From: Neophaeotheca triangularis
Lineage: Eukaryota
Direction of reading: 5' to 3'
Length of the DNA stretch: 52,468 nt
Assembly (NCBI GenBank): GCA_054600435.1
Contig: BAAIJX010000012.1
Coordinates: 496,001-548,468 of the forward strand
This document shows positions 35,711 through 46,855 of the stretch, piece by piece. Under the pieces are notes generated by a model. It made no database searches, was not told the origin of the DNA, and saw nothing but the letters and a program-made list of their open reading frames with translations. Positions within the stretch are counted from its first letter, which is position 1. Each line of letters begins with the position of its first letter. Both the position numbers and the translations under genes were made by a program.

Positions 35711-36601
35711 TGTGAGTATGAGGACTTTGGCGTCTTATTGGACCGGTATGATGCTGCTGGGAACGTCACGGTCGAACTGCTTATGAAAAGAAGATATGAT
35801 GGGGTATCGACCACGCTTATATTGATCTATTCGACCTGCTTGACCGCTGCGCTCGGGGGGAAAGTTCAGAGCTCAAGTTCAGAGCTACGAGTGCATTCAT
35901 CCAGGTGGGAAGCGAGTCCAAATACATTACATGCTGTTTGTAGGATGCTGATCTGCAATATTCCTGCTTTTTCCAATCAGGCAACGTCCCATGTAAGCGA
36001 GAGGCTTGATGTTCCAATACACCCTATTCTGGCGTCCGAGTTCGCCCAAAACATGTCGTTTCCCTTTCACATTACGTACTATCTGCCTCCGCCAACTCTG
36101 CCATGATCCCGTCTCCAGGGGCGCCGACCATCAAGAACACAGCCCTCGCCTATCCCGGCTCAACTACCGCAATACCCTGGAGCCCCCGAAGCGTTGAACC
36201 GGGAAGTGTGCAATGATGCGAATTGCGCTCGGAAGACAGTCTCAAGCCGCCTTTTGTCGTTCTCCTTTGGAGCAACGGCGTGCTGTGGGTCGAGCAATCT
36301 CTCATAATGTTCATGAGCTGATGCGAGCACTTGATGAAACTCTCGCACGGCATTGTAGGCGCTGGAACTCATCTCCAAAAGCTTTGGGTTGGAGGCAATG
36401 CTCATGGGACGCCAGCATGCCGTGACAACCAGGCGAGCCGGTGGCGCAGGGAGCGGCTTCGTGTAGCGTACCAACGTCTGCCAGCCTCGGGAGAGCCTTC
36501 TCCTCCCGCTCAGAAGCCCCACGAGGCTCAGCTCCCATAGCTCGTCTTGCACAGTAAGGAATCACTCCCGACGGCCTTAAGTAACACCACCGCTCGTCAC
36601 A

Positions 36602-37647
36602 CTACCTACCCTCACGCCCATCCTGAGCAGGCAACTCATACCTCCGAACCTCGCCCGCAGTCAACTCATGCAATCCATGTTCCGCCAGCAATTCACTCGG
36701 CCGATGACCCTTGGACATTCCATCGCCGTAGAACCAAGCACCACTACCATCCAACTCCGGTTTCGCATCGCCATCGTTGTAACCCATTCCCCCCTGAACC
36801 TCCAGCGGAGCCGGAGACCTCGCTCCTCGTGTCCTTCGCCGCCGCAAGAAGAAGCCGAGACCTATGCCTAGGAGGAGACAAGCCACTCCGACGCCGATGC
36901 CGACGCCTAAGCCCACGCGCGTGGCTTCGCTCATGCCGCCGTTGTCATCGCTGTCTTCGTCCCTGCGGCCATCGGTTTCATCGTCGGTGGATTCTTGCGA
37001 GGGAGCAGAAGCCGAGACTGCTGCGTCGCTGGTCGTTGACGCTGTCTCTGAGATTGCAGTCTCAGTTGGCTGGGAATTTGAGGTGCTGGTTGGTGAGGTT
37101 GCTGTGTTGGGAATGAATGTAGGGGCGGAGGCAGACTCGGTGTTTGTTCTTGTGGCGGTTGCACTCGCGAGCTGACCGCGTGTGTCGGACCGGGTGTTGA
37201 CGTTTATTGTCACTATGACCGTGGTCGTGGAGTCGTATGTGGACGAGCTCGTCGTGCTGCTGGTACTTGTAGTGGTGATGTCGGGCACGGGCACGGGCTC
37301 GAGGATGGAGATGAACGTGGCCTGGGGCTCGAGGTCAGCGGTAGGCGTAGAAATCGAGCTGCTGGTAGGTGTAGTGATCTCGGGCACGGGCTGGCCAGTG
37401 ACGACACCAAGAGAGTTCGTTTGGGTCAGGAAGGCGGTGAAATCGTTACTGTACGTGATTGTCGAGTCGGGAGTAGGATTGCTGGATTCAAAGGGTGTAA
37501 GCGGTGCTACCGACAGAGCCTAGAGTGCTGTTAGTAAGTTGAGGCACCACTGATGTACCATGGAGGTTCCTGTTACTCTACTTACAGTTAGGATTTGAGC
37601 GTGTGCAATACTCAAGAGTGTCGCACCGTAGAAGGCAGAGGAAGCAT
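36602..37647 (-). CDS. Mucin-like S/T-rich single-pass membrane protein (Mid2/Wsc-like topology); intron 37520-37585; apparent 1-nt frameshift in the signal peptide
   Basis: S/T-rich ectodomain, TM helix VGLGVGIGVGVACLLLGIGLGFFL followed by RRRR, and a cytoplasmic tail with ELDG/ELPA motifs. Intron GTAAGT...TACTAAC...TAG. The upstream exon reads AFYGATLLSIAHAQILT but is out of frame with the ATG at 37647. Confidence 0.7.
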
Positions 37648-38315
37648 TTTGAGAGATTACACAGGTCTAGGGTAAGGAGAGCAGGAGCGAGAGGAGAAGA
37701 TCTCGACAGGAAGGCCCTTCTGTCTTGCCGACATTATGAACCAGACGAAACCATATCGCAGCTATACGCTGCGCTTCCAGATCTTACCGTACATTCGAGG
37801 AGCGTACAAGGCTGAGGAACACGCTAGTCGAATCGTACGCATCCAGTGCCAGCCTCGTCGAGCTTCCAAGCCATGGAAACAGCGAGCTGCGATCTGCTAC
37901 AGAATGCCGATGGGACCTCCAATCTACACTGGATGATCTCACGTCAGCGTGAGAATGGATGCAAGCCACGTAGCCTTGTCTAGACCTTGACTGCGAAGGG
38001 GCACATGCAGACAACCCGAGCGGAACCGGTCGCTCGCGTGGGCATAATGTGGGAACAAACTCAGCTGAACGCTCTTGGTCTATACCTTACGCAGAGTACT
38101 TGCAAACCAAGGTTACTTCAAGGGAGATCGCCGTTTGCTTGGATGCAAGGTTGCGGTAGCAACTTCATGGCCATGTAGGCCGTGCATACCAGCATGCGGC
38201 ATGCATGTTTCGTACTAATCTACCACATGGCGTCCCCTCCAGTTTGATCTTCTAACCATTATGTTGGGTCTTTTCGTTCATCATCTACAGTCGTAGAGCA
38301 GAGGGTTGGGGCTGT

Positions 38316-39675
38316 TCATAACTCATGCTTCTTGCAACAGGCGCCGAAGAAACATTGTCCCCTAGCAGCTAAATCTTTCCAGTCTCGAATGGCAATAGCC
38401 AACTGCACCACACCCAGGAGAAAGTGGATGATGCCGAGTCCGATGCTTACGCTACCAAAAACGACAACGGCTCTGAACGTCAAGGCCTTTTCAGGATCTC
38501 GGTGGTCGTTCCAGACCTCCCTGAAATTCTGCGGACGCTGACCCACAGCGTAGTCCTGGAGATCCATCAATTGCGCTTTCAAATGAGGAAAATCAATCAT
38601 GGCATTGTAGACGTTCCGCTCATGGAGCAGCTCCTTGGGTCCGTCAAAGTCTCGCACGTTTGGGAGGCTGCGACTGCAAAGTTCTTCAAGCAGAGGGTCT
38701 CCTTGGGAGTCTGCGTCTTGGGCTTTGCGGCGTTCTGTCGATCGAAAAATCTTGCGTGACCTCTCCGAGCTACCGAAAAAAAGTCGGTAGGTCAACAAGA
38801 CCTCGAGGAGGTAGGATTTGGACACTCCTTCTGACTTGGCAATGCAACACCCGTTGCAAGCATGAGCTTTGAACAACCTGAAAACACGATCAGCAATGGC
38901 ACACATAACCGTGCCGCGATAGTGTTGCTTACTTTTCGAGGAGATCCTGGTGACGGTCGTCGTGAATGGTCGTTGCCAGTATTGACGGTAAACGGAACAG
39001 CTTGAGTATCTTCCGCTTTTTGAATCGGCTGAAATCGCAGTGAAGAGAAAGGTCGTCCGTCCACTCTACCGTCATTTCTCCCAAGCCGCAAAGGTAGTGA
39101 ATGTTCAGATGAGTGACTGTAAGTAGCGTTGCTTGGCCGACGCGTGGGTTGCTACCAGGGGCCCACGATATTGGTATGAGCACGTAAGGAAGCAGCAAGG
39201 TGCCGAGCGATTTCAGAGATCCTTTCTCAACGCTAGTGGCGGCTAGGACCCGAGTAGAATCCAGTGTCGTAGACGTGGTAAAGTCAGTCTGTCCTGGAGC
39301 ATAGGTAGCCGTGTATAGCATCGTTGTCCAGCCGAGTGCAGCAAACACCAGTTGACGAAGGGCATACTTGTGCTGTGCTCGTAGTGCTTTAAACCTTTCT
39401 AACTTCTTCGAAGAGAAACGTGACGATGTTATCGATGGAGAGAGAGATCCCTGATTTGTCCTGATGAAGGTCGCTACACGAGCAGAAATGCCCAGCTGCC
39501 AAATCAGATATTCGTCCTTTGGGCCTGTCAGATCCACCAGTACGTCGGTCAGGGCCAACGACAAGTCGTGATATGCTAGCATGGGCCGCTCTACATGGTC
39601 GGCGAACAGTTTCGCCCCGGCGAGAAGATGCATGCGTCTGGCAGTGGTTCCACAGCATGCTTCAATGAACGCCAA
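38316..39675 (-). CDS. Uncharacterised fungal protein with C-terminal TM helix, 2 exons (intron 38878-38932); 5' end unclear or degenerate
   Basis: LNIHYLCGLGEMTVEWTDDLSLHCDF...LKLFRLPS joins through GTAAGC...GCTGAT...CAG to EVLLTYRLFFG...FPHLKAQLMDLQ...VWNDHRDPEKALTFRAVVVFGSVSIGLGIIHFLLGVVQLAI. No in-frame ATG is found before a TAG at 39763-39765. Confidence 0.65.
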
Positions 39676-40118
39676 ACGTGCCCGTTCGGCGTTGGTGGGA
39701 CTCGCAAGTCGCTTGTGAGAAAGGCCGCCGAAAGATGTCGTTAAAGAGGGCTCGTTTTCTCTCTACGTGGTCCGCTCAAGTGAGTCAAGTCCACGAGGGA
39801 GACCGGGCAGACCAGCCAGGACATGACGGCCTTTTGAAAAGCCCGCAATCAGCTCTCTCAGCCTTGTTGCGACCCAGAACAATACCCAGAACTATCGAGG
39901 TAGGTATGTATGTAGACAACACTACTTCGACCGGTGAACAAGGGAAAAATCAAGTAGCCAGCGTTCACAAGGCTCCTCTCTCGGCGCGCTTGGCTTGCGC
40001 CCCGCCACAAGGAAGTACTACACCTCCCCTGAAGCAGCCTTGCCGATCTCGAGAGCTGACGGACTACTTACTCGGAGCTCAGAGTTGCCTACATTACGCA
40101 GCATAGTGAGTGCCTTCC

Positions 40119-43100
40119 ATGATGGGGTCTGCCAGCAGTCCAAATCCTGGGAACAAGAGATGGCTGTTCGGTGGTAGTCTGTCATCGTCTCTGGGATATG
40201 AACCGAACCCCCTTTCGCCATCTTCTTTCTTACTGAATAACACAGAATGCAGTGTGGACAACGTAAGAGACTTCTCCTACGGCGTTGCCACCTTTGTTAA
40301 CGCTCTTAATCTAGGGACGAGCTATTCTTCTAGGCTTGGGAAGCGACCCTAAGCGAGTGTGAGAAACAACTCGAACCGGATGAATACCAAGACGCCCTAG
40401 CCGTCGTCAGGCTTGAGGACTTTCAAGCAAAACTCGAGACTTTCAGCAAGGACCCCGACCTCGATTTGTCCGACGCATCCAAGCAGTTGATTGCTGTCGA
40501 GTTACTGGCCCCAATCCTGGCCCATTATGAACTCTTTACTCGGATCTTTGTCAAAGCGATGGCGCACACGTCTGCCGACACTTCCATCATGCGGGGATTG
40601 CTGCGTTTGGTATTCGAGGTGAGTTGAAAGAAGCCTTGCTGCGACATGTTAGCACAACTGAAACCTCCTAGCGAGCGCTGCCAAGCGCCGGTGATTCCCC
40701 AGAGAGGCCTCTTGACCAAATCATCAAATGGCTGAGGAAGATCGGATATGAGCTGAGAGCATCCAACAATCGCGCAGCTCAGATGCCCGTCGCGGAACTC
40801 GTCAAGCTCAAAGAAGACACGACCGAGAGGAGTCAGGAGCTGGTGAACCTCTGGATCAACATCGTCTGTATTCCGTCACGAGAGCGAATTGGAGCCGAAG
40901 GCAGTAGAAGATCTCAATCATATGCAGCTAAGAGCTTGTGAGACCATCAGGGAAGCAGCGTTAAGCATCAAGAGCATCGCGGCATTCTAGATTCGGCAAC
41001 TGGACGATCAAACACTCCACAGTATCGTTGGTCCGATGCGACAGGACGAGGTGATCCTCCCATGCAACAATCTCCCCTTCGCACCCTGCCAACAATACTT
41101 CGGATGTGCGGATGTTTTGAGCGACAACTGCGTCAGATTGCGGCCCTCGCATGGCCCAAAGGAGCCCAGACGGGTGGAGTTGGTAAAACCCAAATAGCTC
41201 TGGCGTATGGCTCCGAGCAGGTCGCTGCCAAAGTGGACGCTGTTCTCTGGATAGCAGCCGAAAACGCCCTAACACTATCTCAGAGATTCGGCCACACTGC
41301 GCTCAAGACCCTACAACTCCCTGGTGCGCAACCGCAAGGGCCACAAGTCAACAAAGAGCTCGTGGTGGAGTGATTGCGGAATACTGGTAAGTGGCCCCCC
41401 CTCAGATACGCGAACTCAGAGGGATGACTGACCCTGTCCAGCTGCTTCGTGGCTGCTCACATTCGACAATGTTGACAATCATGCCGACGTAGTTGACTAC
41501 TGGCCAGTGTCTCGTCAAGGCTCCATCCCAATAACTACCAGAGATAGAGCGATTGCGGCCCAGCCTGTGCAACAAGGCCTGGAGATACGAGAATTCAACA
41601 ACGATGTAGGCGCTCAATTTCTTTTGGAATCCTGCGAAAAACGAGGTCGGAAACCCAACGAGGATCTGATGGCCAAAGACGTGTCCGAAGCGCTGGGAGG
41701 ACTCCCCTTGGCTATTAACCAGATGGCCACTTTTCATCGACTCGCGTCGGTTTTCTCTGGTGAGGTTCAAGTATGTCTACGAGCAGACCAATCAGGACCT
41801 GCACAAAGAGAAAAGAATGGGTTCGGCATACCTGGGATACAAGCACGGCTTGGGCACGGTATGGGAGCTCTCGTACAGCGCCCTTTCAACCGACTCTAAA
41901 GCATACGTTGGGGTTCTGACCTTTTTCGCCGCGGATGCCATTCCATCCCAAGTTCCAGAGGTATCCAAGCCCGACAATTAAGCCATGATCACGCGTAGGA
42001 GGATTTCGAAGCAGCTATTCGATTGCTCCTGGACAAGATCCCCAACGAGCGTTCGGCCACCTATGATGACTACGAGTCGCTCACGTACACTCAATGGACG
42101 CCGCACGTCCTCGCTCTCAGCAAGACTTACGACGACTCGAGGCGACTGCCGGACGCTCAGAGGCTCAAGCCAAACATGGATCTTGTCAATCTTTTGGTCG
42201 ATACTATCAATTAAGTCAGGTGTGGGAACTATGCGGAGGCTCACGCTGACCCCGAGGCTGCAGTGCGGTGCACATAAATGACAGCTTCAGGCTTGTACCG
42301 GGATTTCTGGCCACAGCAGAAGCCAGTTACAAGGCCTGTCCCATTCACGAGCGGGATCGAGTCGTTTGGGCTTCCCTACAGGAACTCAAAGGCGTACATC
42401 ACCAGACCACGTCAGCTTTTGTGGAGTCCGAGGTGGAAATCAAGGAATCGCTTCAGATCAGGAGGGAGCTGCTGCCCAAGGATGACCGGCTCACTGTAGT
42501 GTCTTATAACGTAGCGGGCTGGGCTTGCGGCTCGCTGGGAAAGTACGAAGAGGGTCTCAGCCTCCTGCTGGAAGCGGGCAGGATCATTGAAGCCACTGCT
42601 GGAGCAATTTCCACGTTCAGGACGCCGTCTTGGGAGCTCAACACCGCGCACGTCTACTACTGCATGGGTAGATACGTCGAAGCAGTAAAACTGGTGACCA
42701 GGGCGTTGCAATGGGCAAAGAGCAGAAGCAGCTGGCATTTCCGTCTACAGTAAGTCGTACAGGAGAATTGAGTGGCCGCTCGGTCGTAGAGCAAAGGTAA
42801 CTGACGTTTCGCAAGTGCGATCCTGAGCATGGTGTCGCTCCGCGTGAGAACGGGCCGGCTGGACGACGTTCGCCGCTACGTCGAAGAGGGAAACGAGATA
42901 CTCAAAACGTCCGGAGAGTCTGCCTTGTTCAGCTGGAGGGATGCTTATTGCGCCTATCGTACGGGCCAAGTGGCTATGCTGCAAGGGCAAGCAGACCTCG
43001 CCACGTAAGATCGTTTTCACTTCAAAAGACCACATCTGTTGCCACCGGGCATTGCTGACTTTTTGGCCTCGAACATCAAAGGACCGAGACCAAGCGAGCA

Positions 43101-43328
43101 ATCTACCTAGCAGAAAAGACCAAGTCGCCCAAGGGCGTCTCGAGCCGTTGCTACCACGCTAAAGCGAAGATGCTCGCCAAGGATCCCGACCCCAACCAGC
43201 AAGAAGAGTCGCGAAAAGCGCGAGCAATGGCGCGAAGACTCCGATCGGAGCTACCGGCAGGTGGAAGCTATCTCGATGACGAGAGTGACGAGGCTTTGGA
43301 GATGATTGTCGATATGGACTATCGGTAG
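40119..43328 (+). pseudogene. Decayed NLR-like gene (helical N-terminal domain - NB-ARC - TPR-like)
   Basis: Fragments in shifting frames: GGVGKTQIALAY, VLWIAAE, WLLTFDNVD, ITTRD, LGGLPLAINQMA, TVWELSYSALS, TPR-like helices and a C-terminal DESDEALEMIVDMDYR*. In-frame stops at 40331, 40988, 41371 and 41996, several frameshifts or deletions, and residual GT-AG introns. The start is approximate. Confidence 0.85.
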
Positions 43329-45860
43329 GTCTCTCTTGAGAAGCGATTTACTCTCTTGCGAGCGTCATTCATTCGTCCAGGACTGTCCAGTCCAAGCCAA
43401 TTGCCGTGATCTCTCAATTTGCGATTCCTTTGTCGCTACAGCAAGAGCGCAAGCATCCTCCTAGTTTGCATGAGGAAGCGCGAAAACCGTGTCTCGGGAT
43501 GAAAGGTTCGTGCCAAGCAGCGGCAATTCACTCCAGTACCCCTGAGATGACTCCAACTGGGCTCAGGGCAGAGCACGGCATTTTGCCGAAGCAGTCCGGT
43601 GTCGCGTCTTCCAATCACGCAGCTGGTGAGCGAGCGGGTTTCAAGAACCGGCCATCGTGCGCAACGAGCCGGGCTATTGCTGAAGATGCAAGAAGCCGAT
43701 CCCATCCCAGAAGCGTTGATCATATGGTAAGGTTTTTATGACGCGGGAGCTTTGGTCCTCGCCGGGTTTCCTCCGTCGGATGTAGAGGCTCGAGAAGTCG
43801 GAGTAGTCAAGGCACGTCTCTGCACCAAGGCGTGCAAGTTCACATCCCGCGCACCCTGTATTCCAGACGAAAGCGGTCGCCGAGCTGTCTTGCGCCAACA
43901 GCGGTGCCTGTAGGTAGGCAGTTGATGCTTCTACGTCCGTCTCGGCCGCCGTCACCTCTTGCAAACTCTGCTTAGCTTAGCAGGTTAACTAGGCTCGGGC
44001 GAAAAACAATCTCTGAGCCTTTGTAGCTAGCAAAGGGGGCACCACTACCGTCCAAGATGTGGCTTACCATCCTTTAGGCCGTAATCTGGCTCCTTCTGAG
44101 ACGTTGCCTTTGCCCTTCTGCGTCTTGGCAAGAATCCAGGATCGAGCCCAAGTATGAGACATTGAAATACACCGACGCCGATTCCCACGCCCAGGCCAAC
44201 ACGTGTGGTCTCGCTCATTCCTCTAGCCCTCCGCCGCCGCCGCCGCCGCCACCGTCTCCACTGCCTTCACCAGCCAACATCTGCACAGCGGCGGAAGTAG
44301 AGCTCAAAGCACCGACCGCTAGCAATCCCCATCGAAACCGATGCATCCGTCACAATCCTGCAACCCGTCGAAGCCGCAAAACCGGCAAAAGAGGGTGTAT
44401 TACCAACGAACTCGTCCCCATAGTAGGGACCTCCAAACTGCTAGTCGCGCCGAGCGCTACTAATCGCTACTACCCGAGCGCCGCGGGATTGGCGTTACGG
44501 TGCTTTTCGTTGTAGGGTTCTAGTTGTGAAAGTCGGGCGGTTCGCCAGCTGTAAAGGCCAGCACGACGAAGGGGTGGGGGCCCTGGGTCTCGGGCGGCGC
44601 GAGGAGCGCGAGCGCGGCTACAAGTGTGAAGCGCATCTATCCGTGACAGTGACTCCTTTTATTGAAGCAACGAGCTGCAGACGTGCTCATTTCTCCTTTA
44701 AACCTGCTTTGGCATCGTGTATGAAAATCTGTGTGTCCGGATCGAAAAGCTCTGGGCCTTTAATTCGTGCTGATGGTGATGAAAGAAAGGGGATTGCGAG
44801 TTGTTGAAAGGGAAAAAATGCTCAGGTACTTATGTCGTATACTTTGGATGCTTCCGCGGTGGCCTGCATTTTCACTCTTGCTTTCGTCCGGCTGCAAGTG
44901 TTCGTTGGCATCACGACAAGTACCAAGACCAAGTTAGCGGGAATCAAGTGCGCCAAACATTCTTCCGATGGGTGTTTCTCTGAGCAGAGTCGACATTTGC
45001 TCTGCTGCCGAAGGCACAGGGACGATAGCTTGAAAGAGATGGGGGAGTACAGTAGCCCTGGGAAATCGGGTGCTTCGAGACGAGCTCGCTCTGCCAGTGG
45101 GTAAAGCTGAAGCTACCGGCTCCCAGGAAACTTGATAGTTTGACTTAGATGGGCAAGAACAGTGGTGAGCACCGTCCTGAGCGTCTTCAATTTATAAAGG
45201 CGCCATGCAGTAATCTCAACCATGTTCGCGGAAGGCGGCGAGCGAAGTGGCAGCTATAGGCACGTATCCGGATACGAAAGTTTTCAAGGTTCATCTGTGA
45301 AGGGCAGGGCATTGCGTGGTTTCTTTCTGATAATAGCGGTGCTAGAGCGTTTTCGTTGTTGACGGAATGGTGCTGCCTTGAAGTCTCTCACAATAATAAG
45401 AGACTGTACAGTATCCACGATCCTGGTGCCTGTTGAAGAAGTAGTAGGAGGTAGGCAAGTAGTACCTCGAAGTCGTACCATTGGATCCCGAAGCAATCCG
45501 GCACCGCCCATCCGTGACCCCGGGCCGGGGGATTGATCAAGGCGCAGCAGAGACGGGAGGCCACTCCCACCCATGCGCTGCCCCCGGGCCCCAATGATCC
45601 ATGCCATGTCGCCCACCTGGCAGCCTACACACGGACATGGAATGGTACCATTTATTAAAAGGCTATCGTATCTGCCGTAGGTAGGCGATGGATTTAGTTT
45701 GGGGCGCAGGGCGCAGAGTACATACATGCCAATATGGTGCGTACTAACTAGTAGTCTGCAAGGCGGGTCTGATCTGAGCAGACTCGCAAGACTGCGGTGT
45801 CGGAATCTGTCGAGACGGCGTGGGAGAGAAGCGAGGTCGCTAGCCGGATTTGGTTGGCCG

Positions 45861-45917
45861 ATTATATTATTGTTATTATTATTATTATTGTTATTATTAT
45901 TATTATTATTATTATTG
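45861..45917. repeat. (TTA/TTG)n trinucleotide microsatellite
   Basis: About 17 TTA/TTG units in the intergenic region upstream of cpc-1. Confidence 0.95.
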
Positions 45918-46088
45918 TCATGGCTGTGATTATTCTTCTTCATATTAAATGGACGGGCCTTGTATGAATCTGTAGGACATACGCATCGGGAACCGAATTG
46001 AATCAAATCGTGGTGAATTATTATTGATTAATTGCAGATACAGAGTACATACTAGTACTCTTCTCAGAACGACTGGCCGGGGCGGGTC

Positions 46089-46155
46089 AGAGTCACGGTG
46101 GTCACGACTCACGGTCACGGTGGTCACGCTAGTGCTGCGGGAAGGTGTGAGTCAC
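46089..46155. promoter_or_regulatory. Gcn4/CpcA response element cluster (perfect TGAGTCA at 46148-46154, plus GAGTCAC and CGACTCA variants)
   Basis: Sites lie about 190-250 nt upstream of uORF1. Autoregulation through such elements is established for Aspergillus cpcA. Confidence 0.6.
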
Positions 46156-46339
46156 ATTCGCACCTTCCCACACACCCACTTGCAACAATTATTGCGCCCC
46201 CACTCGACCTGAGGCCGCCAAACATTCAAAACGGAGCAAACTCCCCCACTTCTGCCTGGACTTGCTCCTCTTCCCTTTCTTCCAACCACAACCTATACCA
46301 CACACACACACACACAACCACAAGAGACAGACACCCAAC

Positions 46340-46357
46340 ATGCCTGCCTCCTCCTAG
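46340..46357 (+). promoter_or_regulatory. cpc-1 uORF1 (MPASS*)
   Basis: First ATG of the presumed leader in good context (CAACATG), 5 codons. Matches the short reinitiation-permissive uORF1 of cpc-1/cpcA. Confidence 0.8.
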
Positions 46358-46527
46358 ACTCCCAGTCTGCCCACCATACTCGGCTCACACCAACACCCCC
46401 CAAACTCCACTCAACCATTTCCAAAGTCTCCGCTTGCGGATTCTTCTCGCCCTCGTAACCGTCACTTCGACGACTACCTACTAGCGATCACCACCCCGCC
46501 GTCCACCACGGCTTCTCAACAATCAAC

Positions 46528-46677
46528 ATGGCTTCCACCACCATCTGCAACTGCAAGGCAACAACCGCCGCCACAGCCCGAGTTTTCCCAGGACTTCTAC
46601 CTGTACTCCTCCGCTCGACACCAGCCCACTCCTCCTCGGGCTCCCTCGCTCGATTCGACGCTGCAGCCTTTGTCTAA
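46528..46677 (+). promoter_or_regulatory. cpc-1 uORF2 (49 codons, MASTTICNCK...AAFV*)
   Basis: Strong context CAACATGG, out of frame with the main ORF, ending 178 nt before the main ATG. Matches the inhibitory long uORF2 architecture. Confidence 0.8.
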
Positions 46678-46855
46678 GCCGACCACCGGTCCGCAAGGCT
46701 CCTACTCCAACAACGTAAACACTATACAGCAGCGACACACTCAACCCAAGGCTCGTCCTCCGGTGCCTCTTTTCCACTCCAACTCGACAGGCAATATTGC
46801 ACACCAACAGCAGACTCTCCAGCAACACCACTCTTCAGACTTCGACCTTGGCGCT

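Noticed and set aside
35817..36552. Helical-looking minus-strand ORF fragments (AYNAVREFHQVLASAHEHYERLL)
   Set aside because: No clear start, domain or splice model. Possibly a gene remnant but unsupported.
45284..46006. 240-aa ORF with a poly-Asn tract
   Set aside because: The poly-N is the TTA microsatellite read on the minus strand, and the rest lacks coding character.
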